A stretch of 62,129 bases of DNA, counting the filler, from Sphacelaria rigidula (lineage: Eukaryota): NCBI GenBank assembly GCA_964200075.2. It is 9 parts of 9 records of this genome, joined end to end, with 100 filler letters (N's around TTAATTAATTAA, not from the genome) between each part and the next. Parts side by side here need not be neighbours in the genome. Positions count along the whole stretch, not along the records: positions 1 to 6,815 come from CAXNAA020017940.1; positions 6,916 to 13,730 come from CAXNAA020017941.1; 7 more parts are not named here. One strand, written 5' to 3'. Below the pieces are notes generated by a model. That model was not told the origin of the DNA. It did no database searches and saw only the letters and a list, made by a program, of their open reading frames with translations. The position numbers and the translations under genes are program-made. Numbering within the stretch: position 1 is the first letter of the stretch; each line of letters opens with the position of its first letter. Positions 1 through 12,713 of this stretch are shown here, in pieces.

Positions 1-460
1 TGGGTAAGCTTGGTAAGCTTGGGAGAGTGATTGCAAGGGCGATAGACCACCGCTTACAACCATGTTCAATCCTGGAAGAAGAATCCAACACTCTACACGT
101 ACGTAAGGTCTAATCGTATCATTCAATTCAACCTCGCTATTGCTGACGCGGTAGCCTTGCTAGCTTAGATTTACTGCAAAGTTGTACACAAGATATCCTG
201 TAGCTTACGTGGCCTATATACTCTGCTAGAGTATCTTTCATTGACAAATCATGGCAACACGCCTACTGTAGCAGTATCCTACCTGAAACGTCATTCACAC
301 AGGTAGACTATAAATCAATACAAAAGATCTACTCTCTGTGAAAAGGATACTAATGAAACGGTCTTACGTGGTTCGCTGTTTCCTTGAAACGCAACAGGTT
401 GTACCGCTATCTTTTGTTGTAACAACTCTATTCAAACATAATGAATATAGACTACATCGT

Positions 461-1850
461 CTAAATGTTTCCAACAAGGTGGACATTGTACCGCCTTCCC
501 AGGTCCAACATCCTCAACGTATGCGGGCGACTTTGCAGCGCCGCATTTTTCTGAAGTCCCATGATTTGGGCTAGCTGCCACCCTGCTTTCTTCATGCAAA
601 AATAATTGTGGCATCCAACGAGTTGCGGATCGTAAACGTGAGGGCCATCATTGACGTTGCCCCTAAGTTCGTAACCCTTAGCCACAAACATTTTCCCCCG
701 CCCCCTCGCCTCCTCCCTTCGTGCCAAGTCAATACGATACTTGCGATACTTTGCGTTATCGGGTTTTTCCATCTTCGGATTTCCCATCCAGTATGTAAAA
801 ATCACACGACCGTATTGTTTAACATCCTCTTCATGTTCCCATCTCGGCCTTTCCAAATTTTCCCAATATAGCAAGTACTTAGTATTGTACGGACAGCTTC
901 CCCCCCAAACCGCGATATAAACAGTGGCTCACGATTTTTGTGGGTTTCAACCTGTACTTGTCCAACTGCACTGACACATCCTCCTCTGTAAGGTGTAACG
1001 GCGGTGACAATTCCGAGTACTGGTTCAACACGTATTCACTCAGACCCCAAGGTAATGATTTAGGCGGCTCCCGCTCGTCTTTTGGATTGTAGCACCGCTT
1101 ACATTGCAACACCGAAACTCGAGGACTCATAATCACTCCCGGCTCATTTGTCCGAAGTTCTAGCAAGAGTAATTTTTCTCCTGCTAGCTCCCCCTTTTCC
1201 GAAATACCTGGTCCTACCACTAAAATTTTGTATGGCCCCTTCCATGAGTGAGACAGTTTCGACGATAGAGATATTTTCCCCCCATCTCGTACCGCATTTC
1301 CTCCCGACATAATCGCACCCTTGGTATCATAAACAAACACCCAGTTGCCTACTTCCCATTTTGGTAGTCGATTCAGAACTTCCTCCGCTTGCTGATTATT
1401 TGACTCATGCTTGGGTTTTAGTGAATAGTCTTCTTGTCTTACAAGATCGTACGCTTTGGTTTGACGATCCTTCATCAACTGCAAATACTCAAGTTGATCT
1501 GCCTTCAATCCTTGGTGTCGGACGCACCCCTCTTTCCCAGGATGGTCATGGGTAACCTGGGATACCTTCCGATATGCACCTCATTCGGCGCCAATCCTAT
1601 TCCCCTACTTACGTTATTGTTGTGTGCGGAAATAGCGTGTAACAACAACTGATCCCAATCCTTCTGGTCATCCGCCACCAGATACGACAACATTTGACAC
1701 AACGTGTGGTTTAGTGGCTCAACCATTCCGTTTGTCTGTGGGTGATACGCACTTGTATATCGTTTCACGGCTCCCAACATCTCATAGACCAACCTTGCTA
1801 CTTTGGCTGTAAACTCCACTCCTCTATCCGACAGTAACGTATGAGGACAC
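461..1850 (-). mobile_element. Ty3/Gypsy LTR retrotransposon pol 3' part (integrase core C-half, C-terminal domain, chromodomain-like region), frameshifted
   Basis: ORF 1505..1921 has CPHTLLSDRGVEFT...TSAYHPQTNGMVEPLNHTL (rve core). ORF 879..1508 has WEVGNWVFV...KLSHSWKGPYKIL (Gypsy IN C-terminus). KIVSH...SVQY and YWENLERPRWEHEEDV across 879/874 resemble a chromodomain. Confidence 0.9.
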
Positions 1851-2127
1851 TGTGAGGGATTTTGGAGTATGTACCCTCTAGTGGCACAGACGTTAGCGTT
1901 GGCAGCTGTTAAGCTTACCACGTAGAAAGCGAGAGATGGATAGTGAAAGAGCTTTGTATTGATGGTTCCCGGAGAAGAGTGATCTCCTAGGTAAATGCCC
2001 TCTATCCTAGATGACCTGAATATACAGTTACTAGTGTATCGTACGAATCGTAACCAAACATACCGCTATTCCAATTATACCGCAAGTCTCCATTCATGGT
2101 GTGTTACTTCTCATTGTTTTCCTGACA
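1851..2127 (-). repeat. 3' LTR of the Copia element (~277 bp)
   Basis: Bounded by TG...CA with imperfect terminal inverted repeats (TGTGAGG / TGTCAGG). Directly follows a polypurine tract, and its far edge coincides with the point where Gypsy integrase similarity starts. Confidence 0.75.
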
Positions 2128-2137
2128 CTCCCCCTCA
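2128..2137 (-). promoter_or_regulatory. Polypurine tract (TGAGGGGGAG) of the Copia element
   Basis: Typical Copia PPT abutting the TG of the 3' LTR, downstream of the RNase H stop. Confidence 0.8.
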
Positions 2138-2361
2138 ATGAAAGTCTCAGATGCAATAATATAAGTCTAAATTAATTTCGGAGAACTCCTAGAATCTAAT
2201 GTCAATAATCCACCCGAACAAATCAAAGAATGTTCACTACAAATATATCAAGTCAACAAAACAACATTCTACTGCATCTTAACGCCCATCTCATATCCGT
2301 GTCACGGTCCGCGCTCGAGTCCGAAACCAGCCATGTCTTGCTTTTCCAGTGCTCCTGCACT

Positions 2362-2829
2362 CTAGTCAATTGCGTTGTCTCCGAAGGCCTGTATCTTGGA
2401 AATGAGCTCTCGAAAACGAGGGGTTGCTAAAAATTTAGTTCCAAGATCAGCAAGCTGGTTCTGCGTAGCGATATATCGAACAGCAATCTTTCCCGACTCA
2501 ACTAGTTCCTGAACAAAAAAGAAACGAAGGGCAATGTGTTTAGTGCGACCGCTGTATGTACGATTACTGGCAACGCGAATGGCTGACTTGTTGTCTATAT
2601 ACACCGGAACAGTGTTGAAGGTTGATCCAAAACCGAGCTCGAGCATCATATTGGAGCAGAAGACAGCTTCCTTCATCCCGAGCGCTGCAGCCACAAGTTC
2701 CGCTTCCATGGTAGATTGAGCCGTCATACTCTGCAATCCCACTCTAAAGCTAACTGGAGCCTTGGACAACGTGATGATGTACGAAGAGGTGGACTTGACG
2801 TTGTCTGGGGTTATTTCCCCAATTGGCAT
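2362..2829 (-). pseudogene. Copia RNase H domain
   Basis: AQSTMEAELVA...VYIDNKSAI...RTKHIALRFFFVQE...QLADLGTK. Confidence 0.9.
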
Positions 2830-4387
2830 CTGAAAACGCCGTAAGCTTAAAGTTGTCTTTCTTGCATGTGATACAGAAATCGATGGTGCCAGCCAGGTAC
2901 CGAAGAAGGTGCTTCGCCGCCCCCATGTGAGCCTTGGAAGGTTTCGTCATCGCTCGTGCAAGTTGGTTCACGGCAAACAAGATATCGTAGCGTGTGACCT
3001 GGGCAAGGTAAATGACACTCCCGACAATAGCTTGGAAACTCTTCGTTCGTTCCGCATCAAGCTGTTCAGATTGTTGCACAACTGTCGAAAGTTCTGGCCC
3101 GACTCCTGGGGTGTTCACCTTGTTGCATCCGTCCATGCCAAATTTCTTGAGAGTGCTCCTGACGTAAGATGCTTGCGTGACGGAAACGATACCACAATTC
3201 AAATCGGGCGAAATTTCCATGCCAAGCACCAGAGATGCATCGCCCAAATCCTTCATCTTGAAGCGCGCCGTCAACTTCTTTTTGAGAATGGACAGCACCG
3301 CATCATCTCCCCCAATTAGAATCACGTCGTCCACGTACAAAGCCAAGATCCCAGCAACGTTGTTGTGTCCTTCGGCGATGTTCGTCGTGGATTGTTTGGG
3401 ATCTTCTAAGACATATACATACACGCACGGGTCTGACTTGAGCGGCAGAAATCCAATTTCCCCGAGATAGCCATCGATGGTGAGGTACCAGTGACGCGGT
3501 GCGTCTTTCAAGCCATAGAAAGCCTTCTTAAGCAACATCACGCACCGCTCACCTGTCTGCGAGTCCGTATCTTGGTACCCCGGGGGCAGTTCCGCGTACT
3601 GCGGGTTATCGAGCACTGCGTTGACGAAGGCTGTCACTACATCCAGCTGTTGGGCAGACCAACCAAGTGCAGCCACTGCGGCAAGGAGCATCCGAATGCT
3701 CTGTAGTCGACAGACAGGAGCGTAGGTTCCACCACAGTCAATCCCAGGAACTTGACTCCAACCTTGTACAACGACGCGTCCTTCAAACAACCCGTTGGGC
3801 TTAAGCTTGAATACCCACCTAGTGCCGAGTAGTTTCGCCCCGGGAGGGACTTTTGATAGCGGTATCCTCTCAAAAACACCCAGTGTTAAGAGGCTGTCAA
3901 ATTCCATCTTGGTGGCTTCTCTCCATCTGTCAGCTTCAGGGAGTGCCATGGCCTCCTCGAAGGTGTTGGGGACAACAATTTCGCGGTCTGAATCCAGCCG
4001 TCCATGCATTTGAGTGCTGGTAGCGGCGTAAGCGTACTCAACGACCGTAAACCACTCTTCATGGCCTACGTCTGGCAAGTTCGCCTTAGCAAAGAAGGAA
4101 ACGTTGGAATCAACCAACGCGGGGTATGAGAGTCGATTCAGTTGGCGTCGTGTTCGAGCACTTGTTGTTCCATCACCAGAATTTGTTGATTGTTGAGGAT
4201 TACTCCGTGTACCCATTCGTGACACTGATGATGTGTGCGTATGGTTGGTCGCTCCCCCTGCCTCCAAGGGTGTCACAGTGGATTTGGAGTCCTGCGCGCT
4301 AGATAGATGGTCCATGAGGACGTTCCAGTCGCCGGGCGTATTGATTTCCACCGGAGGGTAAGAGGGAGACACAGTGGACACGCGCAA
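2750..4387 (-). pseudogene. Copia reverse transcriptase (RVT_2)
   Basis: LGTRWVFKLK, QLDVVTAFVNA, LKKAFYGLKDAPRHW, LALYVDDVIL, AFSDANW, then a frameshift into RNase H. Confidence 0.95.
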
Positions 4388-4453
4388 ATCTAGTTGCGAT
4401 GCATGTTGGTGGAAGTCCCGTAGAAAGTCGTCCTGGCTTGTGTACTTGGAGTC

Positions 4454-5015
4454 TCAACCACGCAGGGTGTCTCCGTCAGCGCAGTCCGCAGGTGGCAGGA
4501 GATGTGCGGGTGCTTCGATGAAGGCGACGTTCCTACTTTCGATTACCTTCTTGCCGACTGGGTCCCATAGTCGATATCCCTTGCTATCGAAAGCGTAGCC
4601 CACTAGTCGGGCAGGAACAGCCCTGAGTTTCAACTTTGGGACATACGTTTCGATGTGTACAAAGGCTTGTGATCCAATGACACGAGTGTACGACAGATCC
4701 GCCTCTACTCTGTGAAGATGTTTGTAAGGCGTCCCCATCTTGAGAGCGGAATATGGCACGCGGTTGGACACGTGCGCAGCAGTCATCAGTAACTCGCCCC
4801 AGAGAAGGGCAGGTAAACCAGTGGAAGCAAGCCAACAACGAACCATCCCAAAAAGGACACCACTAACCCGTTCTGAAATTCCGATTTGTTGCGGAGTAGC
4901 CGTGGCAGCGAATTACAACTTCACGCCAGAGTTGATGCAGTGTTCCCTGAATTCTTTCCCGATGTACTCACCTCCTTTGTCTGTGCGAAGCCTGTGGACA
5001 CGCCTCCCCATCGGC
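4454..5015 (-). pseudogene. Copia integrase core and SH3-like domain (in-frame stop)
   Basis: Minus strand reads RVHRLRTDKGGEY...KL*FAATATPQQIGISER, then LPALLWGELLMTAAHVSNRVP and LVGYAFDSKGYRLWDP...ESRNVAFIE. Confidence 0.9.
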
Positions 5016-5888
5016 TTAGTGCGCGAAAAGTTTAAAGGTGTCAAGGGCGTCGCTCTTAGACTTCATCAGATGAAGTGTGGTCCGGCGGCTGAAGACGTCG
5101 GTGATTTTGCTTACGGGCTGAAAACCCCCTAGGGCAGAGGGTGAGATTGGTCCCATCAAGTCACCCATGAGCAGCTCAAAGGGAGCCGACACGTTGTACT
5201 TGGTTGTCTTGGGGTGTGGCTGCTGCTCACTTTTACCGAGTTTGCACACGTCACATGCAGGCAGCAAGCCCTCGTAGCTGACTCCGTTTCCAGCCGTCTT
5301 CCTGAGGATGTCCAACGTTCTTTCACAAACGTGTCCAAGTCCTTGATGCCAAAGTTTCGCTGTCGAGCTCACGCTCATGGCTAGTGTAGGAGTCTTTGAG
5401 TCCGAGGCATCTAATTCCATATCAAAGGTGAAGATATCGTTATATCGCGCCATAACGTCCAGCGGGATCACATACGACCCTGCCTCCAAGCGTGGATGCT
5501 GGCGGTCGAAGATAGTTGTTATACCCTTGCGCGTTGCAACCATCACATAGAAAAGGTGCCGTCCCAGGCCCGGTACAAGATGAGCGCTCAAAGAAATTCG
5601 TTGCTTCCGTTCGTAAGAGTCCTTAATCGTATCAGGTACTGTTGCCTCGGCCACAGCATGCAATACATGATCGCCCGCGGTAGTGATACGGTACGGCGTT
5701 GTAAGCAAGCGGTAATCAGGGAGTCGTTCGAAGACGCCAGGCATAGACGCATTATCGATGTAATGCCCAGACGAACCAGAGTCGACAAGGAGTTTTAGTG
5801 TGGTAGGAGAGCTGGCGGCAGAGGCCACAGGGTCCGCCGTTGAAGCACAACAAGAACGGACAAGTCCGCCAGTAGCCATCAGCGCCAA
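5016..5888 (-). pseudogene. Copia aspartic protease, GAG-pre-integrase and start of integrase
   Basis: LLVDSGSSGH; LWHQGLGH...CDVCKLGK; FELLMGDLMGP. Confidence 0.9.
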
Positions 5889-6001
5889 TCCATCAAAGGC
5901 GCCGAAAATAGTATCGGGACGACTCTCCGGTTGTGCTGATCCAACAGTAGAGCGTGCTGGAGCTGCAGAGTGAGCTGGAGCTGCAAAGTGGCTGCCCGCA
6001 G

Positions 6002-6762
6002 CTACGAAGGAGAACCCACGAGGCGCAGCAGCAGTCGATATGAAGGGCGGTGCCGATGGATTGACGACAGTGGGCGCAGGCGCTCCTCCTGAAGTGGCTC
6101 CAGATGCACAGCAGTTAGCACAAACAGCGGGGTGGGGGACCGACCCAGAACCACCAGCGGAATTCTGTTGGTTGAGGACACGGCACTGTTCCGTCGTATG
6201 TCCACATTTGCCGTGATGTGAGTAGTATCTACTCTTTCGGCGGTGATTCTTCCGTTTGGTGTCGTCATCCTGTTTAAGGCCGGTGTTTTATTCTCCGGGC
6301 AATGCCGCTTCAAATGGCCATACTGTCGACACTGATGGCACTTGACATGCGTGGCATTGGCCCGCATAGCCGTACCAGGGCCAGCAAGTTTTGAGGAACA
6401 CTCATCGCGAGACAGCCAGTCGCGGTAAGTAACCAGAATGGCCGCCTTGATATCCTTAAGCGCAAATTGGGGATTAAGCCGTTGTTGTTGGCGAATGTAG
6501 TCATATGCAAGCGGGAGCGCGCGGAGTGTAAGGTCTTCGAACCGGATGTCTGACACGGGATCGCCCAAGATCCGCAAATGTTCTCGATCGTTCTCCATAT
6601 CTTGTAAGAATATCTCCGGTGGTTCCTTGTCGCCGAGTTTACGCGCAGCGAGGCGCGCGCTCGTGTCATAGATGGCTGCCTTGGTGGTAGCAGCGAAATG
6701 CTCCTCAAGTGCCAACCAAGCTGCTCTGCCGTCACCACTGAAACCAGTGCGAGCGCCACCAC
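6002..6762 (-). pseudogene. Copia gag with zinc knuckle
   Basis: ALEEHF...LRALPLAYD and CHQCRQYGHLKRHC (CX2CX4HX4C). Confidence 0.85.
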
Positions 6763-6815
6763 CGTCGATTTGTGCGCCAGCAGTCGAGGTATGATACAGG
6801 AATGGTTCGATGATG

Positions 6816-6915
6816 NNNNNNNNNNNNNNNNNNNNNNNNNNNNNNNNNNNNNNNNNNNNTTAATTAATTAANNNNNNNNNNNNNNNNNNNNNNNNNNNNN
6901 NNNNNNNNNNNNNNN
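6816..6915. other. Artificial contig spacer (44N-TTAATTAATTAA-44N)
   Basis: Palindromic linker with stop codons in all six frames, inside an N run. Confidence 0.98.
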
Positions 6916-7109
6916 AAGTCAGTCATCATTGATCGCAGATGATTTTTCTTTCAATATATGTCAAGAGTATTAAAATATCTCCGGATACCCATTTTTGGCA
7001 TCCAACAGTCACTGTGATGCGTGGTGTCAAGCAAAACAAATTTGGACAATCTTTGAGAACCTAAGAAATTACGGATTGCGCATACTTCTGACTCTGACTA
7101 CTGTATCAA

Positions 7110-7299
7110 GAGTATACCCGTGCCCCCGGTAACGGTACGGGAGGCTTACAGAACTCACAGAACTATCGGGTACGGTTATGGAAGTCTTCACAGACTCAAC
7201 AGAACTGTTGAGTACCAGTATGAAAGTGTCGGGTACGGTCAATACGGTGGAAAGTACTCGGGGCATACAGAAAATCGTACCCTACCGAACACAACCTTG
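7110..7299 (+). repeat. Partial copy of the CAAGGTTGTG-TIR element family (full copy at 39231..39788)
   Basis: Shares CAGAACTCACAGAA / GTCGGGTACGG motifs and ends in GAACACAACCTTG. Confidence 0.7.
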
Positions 7300-8968
7300 G
7301 AAACTTTTGACCTTCTCTACAAGATTTCTTCACCCACTGCTCACCGATTCGCACACTACTACCAGATGCCTTGGCGCGCTGGGGGCCTCGTCTGCGTGCC
7401 ATCTCAGACACTGCGCGCCTACAGTACGATATGCATTGTTGTACAAGCACAACTTGTGCGGCACCACCACTCTGCGGCCGGGGCACAACCGATGTAATCG
7501 AAAATTCGATTTCAGCCGTTTTCTTTCCCTAATTCCGCCGCACATGTCACCCCCAACTCTCTTCTACACTTCGCAGCTGACTACAGTTTGGTACGATCGC
7601 AGTGCTACATGGATTGAATGACGCGCGTTGATTTGCACACTACCACGATGTGTCATAGTAGGCACAGCTCGCGATGCATCGTCAGTTGAAACAAATTGAA
7701 GGGAGGTTGGCTACGTCGGTGGCCCAGCCTGTAGCGTAGCGGGATCTGAGGTCAGGGGGGCGAGATAATTCGTTACAAGGTGCTCCTGGTTTGGCGAATG
7801 GATTGCAAGGAAAAGTAGCGCCGCCCGCGACAGCCCCCCCCCCCCCCCCCCCCATAGACCAGCCCGAAAGCTGTCGTGAAGATGTCCATATCGCGCATGA
7901 TAGCTGGTTTCAGACGGCGTTGGCGAAAACGATCCCAAAAGTGGAAGCTCAGCTGCTCGGTGTGCTCGTCTTGTGTCATTTTGATCACGCCGTAGAGTTT
8001 GCTTCCTCAAACCTGCCACTTTTCTGGGGGGGGGGGGGGAGGGGACTATCAGCTATCGCGGCATACGTGTTGAGTACGAATCGATTATGCTGATACACAT
8101 GGTTGTTTTGGGCGCCGAAGGGAGACAGCTGTTCCAGCAATTTTGGTGTAACTATATATATATTGTGTTCCCTTTTTCCAAAAAATAAATAATCCACCCC
8201 CCAACAACTCTTAAACAACAAACAAATGAAATTGAAATGAAATTGAAATGAAATTATATTCATGATGTATAATCGAATGGATTATAGTTGAATTATTAAA
8301 TAAACATTACAGACAATGGCAGTATTTTTTCAGCCAACCAGTCAAGCAGCACAAGCAGCTTAGTCGACCATGACGGTGGATTGGGCATTTCGTTTGTCAT
8401 GTTTGTGCGGTGTGCGCTTCGCCCCACATGGAGAAATGCTGCGCGAGGTGGGGAGGTAAAAAGCTTGTCCATGCTTTTGAGTAAAAGCCTCTTCGTATTT
8501 TTTCTTGGCTTTGCATGTCTGCCTGCTGAGGAAATGTAATTGAAGAAAAAAACAGATGATGCATAAGAGGAGCGAAAAGGCCATTCGTGCCCCACGTCGT
8601 CAAGTACTTTCCATTTCTGCGCACAAGGTCGCTTCTTTATGGTACCAAAAAAAAAAGTATAAACGCTTTTTTGATCCTTCTTCGTCGGTTTACGCCTCAA
8701 ATGAGAGCTAGGCGGAGTTCGACACCTTGGGTAGACTTGCTATACTCGTTGAGACGGCTCCAGGACATCTTCGCGTGTTCCGGTGGCCGCAGTTTTTATT
8801 TTGGCCAAGCGAGCATTTTTGTCCGGTGATGATCAAGAACGGTCAATTTTTTCCACGGACTTGACCGTCTCTGGACAAGAAATGTTTGTCGGGCCAAAAT
8901 TGGAGGCGACCTAGAGTTTTGGTCGTATATCTATGTTTGATTTTTTCGAACAAACTAACAATAACGCG

Positions 8969-8990
8969 AACCCTAACCCTAACCCTAACC
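8969..8990 (+). repeat. Short interstitial telomere-like repeat (CCCTAA)3+
   Basis: aaccctaaccctaaccctaacc. Confidence 0.7.
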
Positions 8991-10399
8991 CCGACCCAAG
9001 GTGTGCGAGATTCTTGGGCAAGGAAGGTGCATAAGTTCCCCTATTCTCATGAGCCTCGGCCCTAAGGGTGATCGCGCTGTTGGGATGTATGGCCATATAC
9101 ATATACGAGCACGCCCGCACCCCCCCCTCCCTGGTTCTTTATCCATACTGTAAATGCTTCTGCTCGCTTATCGGGAGATGAGTTTTTTGTCATTTCCCCG
9201 AACACTTTCCACCGAGCATCCGCGTTCTTCCAGCGTAGAAGTAGGTACAATAAGGACTACGGATGATGAAGAGAGCTCAAGTTGACCCTTAGATCGCGAA
9301 CGTAGTCCATCTGCACACTTTTTTCAAGTGAAATGGATGCCGATTCAGCAGATGACCTACTCTTCCTGTCCAAGGATCAAGAGAGATGCCGAACTAAGAG
9401 AAGTCGAAATTGCTGGCACACACCACGCTCTAAAATCGACCCCCCAACCTGTGTCTCTCAAAATCGTGCCTCGACCAGGACCCGCTCTTCTATAATAGTG
9501 GAAACCTGACAGTACGCGTGGCTGTACGGGGCTGACTGTGTACGGCAATAGAGGCCTTTGATAGCGAGCGAAGCTAACAGCTTACAGCTTCACTGGCTGC
9601 AGCACGGTGCCCTGTGGAGCGGGTTTGCGTTGCAAAGTGATGCCAGCCAGGCCACAAGTCGAGCCCCCCGCTGTTTGTCATGATTGTTGTCGTTGTTGTC
9701 TTCACATTGAAAAAAAGACGATATCTGCGCAGCACTTCGTATTGGGCGTCTGATGCGGACGCCTTACGTGGTCACAGGCTAACTAACGACCCAAAATAAA
9801 GTTTAAGGAAACCAAATGAAGTAAGCTAGGAAAGACCCAGAGAAATTCACACAGACGCGATACGAAATTGAAAAAAAAATACTGCTAACATCATAAGTTT
9901 CGGTGCCGCAGGCGACCGTTCGGATTACCGCAGGTAGAGTCCAATGTTTCCACGCTATTGACAACACACAAATGCCGTCCCTTCCAGCGCTCTTGATTCC
10001 ACGAACAGGCTCTCTAGAAGAGGTTAGTTTACCACTTTGGGAGGGTGAGAAGTTTCTCGGAAATTTATGATTTCGAACAAAGTATAACACCAACACTAAC
10101 CCCAACGACGGCACATCGAAAACCCCCGGAGAAGGGGGTGCAAAGTGTTCCCTAAGCGTAGTGCGCGTTGCCAGACCTCCAATCGGCGCCCCAGGCACCG
10201 ATTTAGACACAAACGCGTTCTGCGCGAGTTGGGAGCACGCTTCGAGCACCACCCCTGTAAAGATCCAGATTTTGCTGTCCCCACTAAAATCCAGTCGAAC
10301 TGAAAATCCACCAGAGCACCCTCCCAAGTGGTAAACTATATTGCTGTAGAACTCGTACAATCGTTTTGAGATCAACATGCTGTAAAGCCGGGATATCGT

Positions 10400-10614
10400 T
10401 CTTCTTTTTTCTTTTGTGACGCGAGAGGGGTTCAGCAGCCCCTTCTCCTCGTCGACCGTGAAGTAGAATTTTGTGTACCCACGACATAGTCGCTCTGGAC
10501 TGTTGGGCATGGTGTGAGCAAAATCCCAGATCGTGTGCCTGCACCGAGATTCAAACCCAAGGCCCAACCGTCAGAGGGTTTCGAGATTACCAACTGAGCC
10601 GCCGGGGCGACCGG
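10400..10614 (-). mobile_element. tRNA-derived SINE (family A), 5' half
   Basis: Minus strand CCGGTCGCCCCGGCGGCTCAGTTGGT (A box) ... GGGTTTGAATCTC (B box), followed by a body shared with 39871..40234 and 17845..18119. Confidence 0.8.
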
Positions 10615-12442
10615 TGTGCCAGAATTTAATTAATGCACTACGGTCACCGGAAGGCCTGGGTCATGAAGACACACCAAATCGCCTGACTATGCCATGAAGG
10701 CGTTGGCGTAGCTGTGTCCATTCAGGCCTCCGACCCCCCTGGTGCCATTTCCATATATGTAGGCGTTGTATCTATACCTGAAATCAATTTGTCTCGAATC
10801 CCCGTATTACAGGAGAATTAGGGATAAGTAAATGCAGGAATACGGTAGTGCAAGGAAGATCAGGATTTAAATGATTCCCTCGCGGGAGATGGAGTTGATC
10901 ACGTCATAGTGAAGTTTCCCCCGAAGCTAACGTGAACATGTTGAAAAAAATTACGTCGAATGATTTGCTCCGTCTCGAAAGGGATGCGTGGTCAATGGAC
11001 AAACGACTAAGGCAAGCCACACATGAGAACGCCCCCCCTCCCCTTGTTGTTCATGATCATACTATGTAGAGTATGAATAGTGAGACACCCATGAGGCCGT
11101 TTGTAAGCTGTGGCTGTCTCTGGAAGTGGAGATACCAAAAAATGAAGCAACTCGTTCGAGGCTGTCATCCAAATGCAAGATAACTAGTATGCTTCGGGTC
11201 GAACAATCGTTGCAGAAAGCAGCTCATCCTTCATGCGACTCGCCGATCAGTCCACGACGCTTCGTGCTCGGTGATTGATTATGAGCCTGGTCCGGCGAAA
11301 ACCCGGCGTGCTCTGTCCCGGCTTCGTAGGGATGCGAGGTCAATGGTCTGATGACTACGGCCCGGCTAATTTCTTGTGGTTTGATTGTCTTTTTTTTTTG
11401 TCCTTCCTCGGGACGAGTCCGTGGTCTCACTCAAAGGGATATATCAACCCATCTCTCTCCCCGGTACACGCCTTGCATTTTGGTGTCACGGATTGGATCA
11501 TGACCAGCACCTCCCGGACCGCGTCAACCAACTCTAATTAAACACAAACACACTCGACTCCTTTTTTGTTATACTCAACGTACCCATGCTTTCGAGTGTG
11601 AAAATCAGATATTTTGGGGAAAAAACAAAAAACAACAACGCAGCGAGAATCGAAGCCATGTTCTCCATACCCCCGATAGTGACGTTCGGACAATTAGGCC
11701 ACCGAGGCACGGCTTCAAGTTGAGGATGTAGCAATTCCGTGTATGTTGTTAGGGAACGCGTAACTGGGGTGCTGTGTCTGGTAAAGCATCGCGCCCCCAG
11801 AAACGGAAGACCGCTCGGAGTTCGCCTCGGAAGCGCAAACCCGGATTTTTTGTGTGATGGTTTTTCAGTAGGACAACGCATTCGTGTGATGAATATTGAG
11901 CAAAGAGATGGCGGAGTCAAAACGACCCCGTGCAGTCCGAGGTCAACATGGGTCAAAGAGGAGAGATGTTCATCAATAGCAATTTGATGAACTGGTGGTT
12001 CAAAACGTCTGGGACGGGGGAGGCAAAACTCCGGTATGCTTGTACTTGATCCTTACATGATACCTGTCGCCTACCGCTGCCCGCCGCTGCCGCTCGTCGC
12101 GTGTTATCTCTCTTCCCTTCTTTTTTCCCCGCTCTTTCCTCTTTATTTTTTTTTCTCTCTCTTCTTTCCTCTCCTTTTTTGTTTTTTTGTTTTTTTGTTT
12201 TTCTCGCTTGTTTGCTTGTTTTGTCTTTTTTCCTCTATTCTTTCCTTTTTTTTTTCTTTCCCCCTCTCTTTTGTTTCTCTTCTCTTTTTTATATTTTTTG
12301 GGGGGGGTTGTGGTGGTGCGCAGGAGTGGACACAGTAACGGACTTGAGCCACGTGAGGCTTATTTGCATGGGGTTCGGCATACTGCCAGACACCAAAACA
12401 CTCACAGGTATGGATTATGGCATACATGTACATCCAATTTTC

Positions 12443-12713
12443 TAGGGTTCTGTACGTTACACGTCTCAAATTTCGTTACACGTCACAAAGTGCGATACAC
12501 GTCACAAAGTGCGTTACACGTCACAATTTTGAAGCCTGGCTAGTACTACAGTGGGGGCCTACGTGGTCCCCCACCGTAGTACTAGCCAAACCCAAGGCTT
12601 AATTCGATTTGGCTTGACTTTACACAAGGCTCCACGTGTAACGAATTTTGTGATGTGTAACGTCAAGTTGTGACGTGTAACAAAATTTGTGACGTGTAAC
12701 ATGAAGAGCCCTG
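12443..12713. mobile_element. hAT-like MITE with tandem subterminal GTTACACGTCAC motifs and a central hairpin
   Basis: TIRs TAGGGTTCTGTACGTTACACGTC / CAGGGCTCTTCATGTTACACGTC; flanks CAATTTTC / AAATTTTC (7/8 TSD). Confidence 0.75.

Larger units (their letters stand above)
1851..6815 (-). mobile_element. Ty1/Copia LTR retrotransposon, decayed, 5' end cut by contig end
   Basis: Copia domain order on the minus strand: gag with CCHC knuckle, protease, GAG-pre-integrase, integrase, RT, RNase H, PPT, LTR. Several frameshifts and stops. Confidence 0.95.

Noticed and set aside
8969-8990. Chromosome end
   Set aside because: Only about 3.5 CCCTAA units, located inside a contig.
10540-10614. tRNA gene (also 40160..40234 and 16697..16775)
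   Set aside because: A and B boxes are present but there is no proper acceptor stem. At 10540 and 40160 the head continues into a shared SINE body; the 16697 case is less certain.
12036-12543. Hydrophobic or Lys-rich ORFs suggesting membrane proteins
   Set aside because: Translations of a T/C-rich low-complexity tract.
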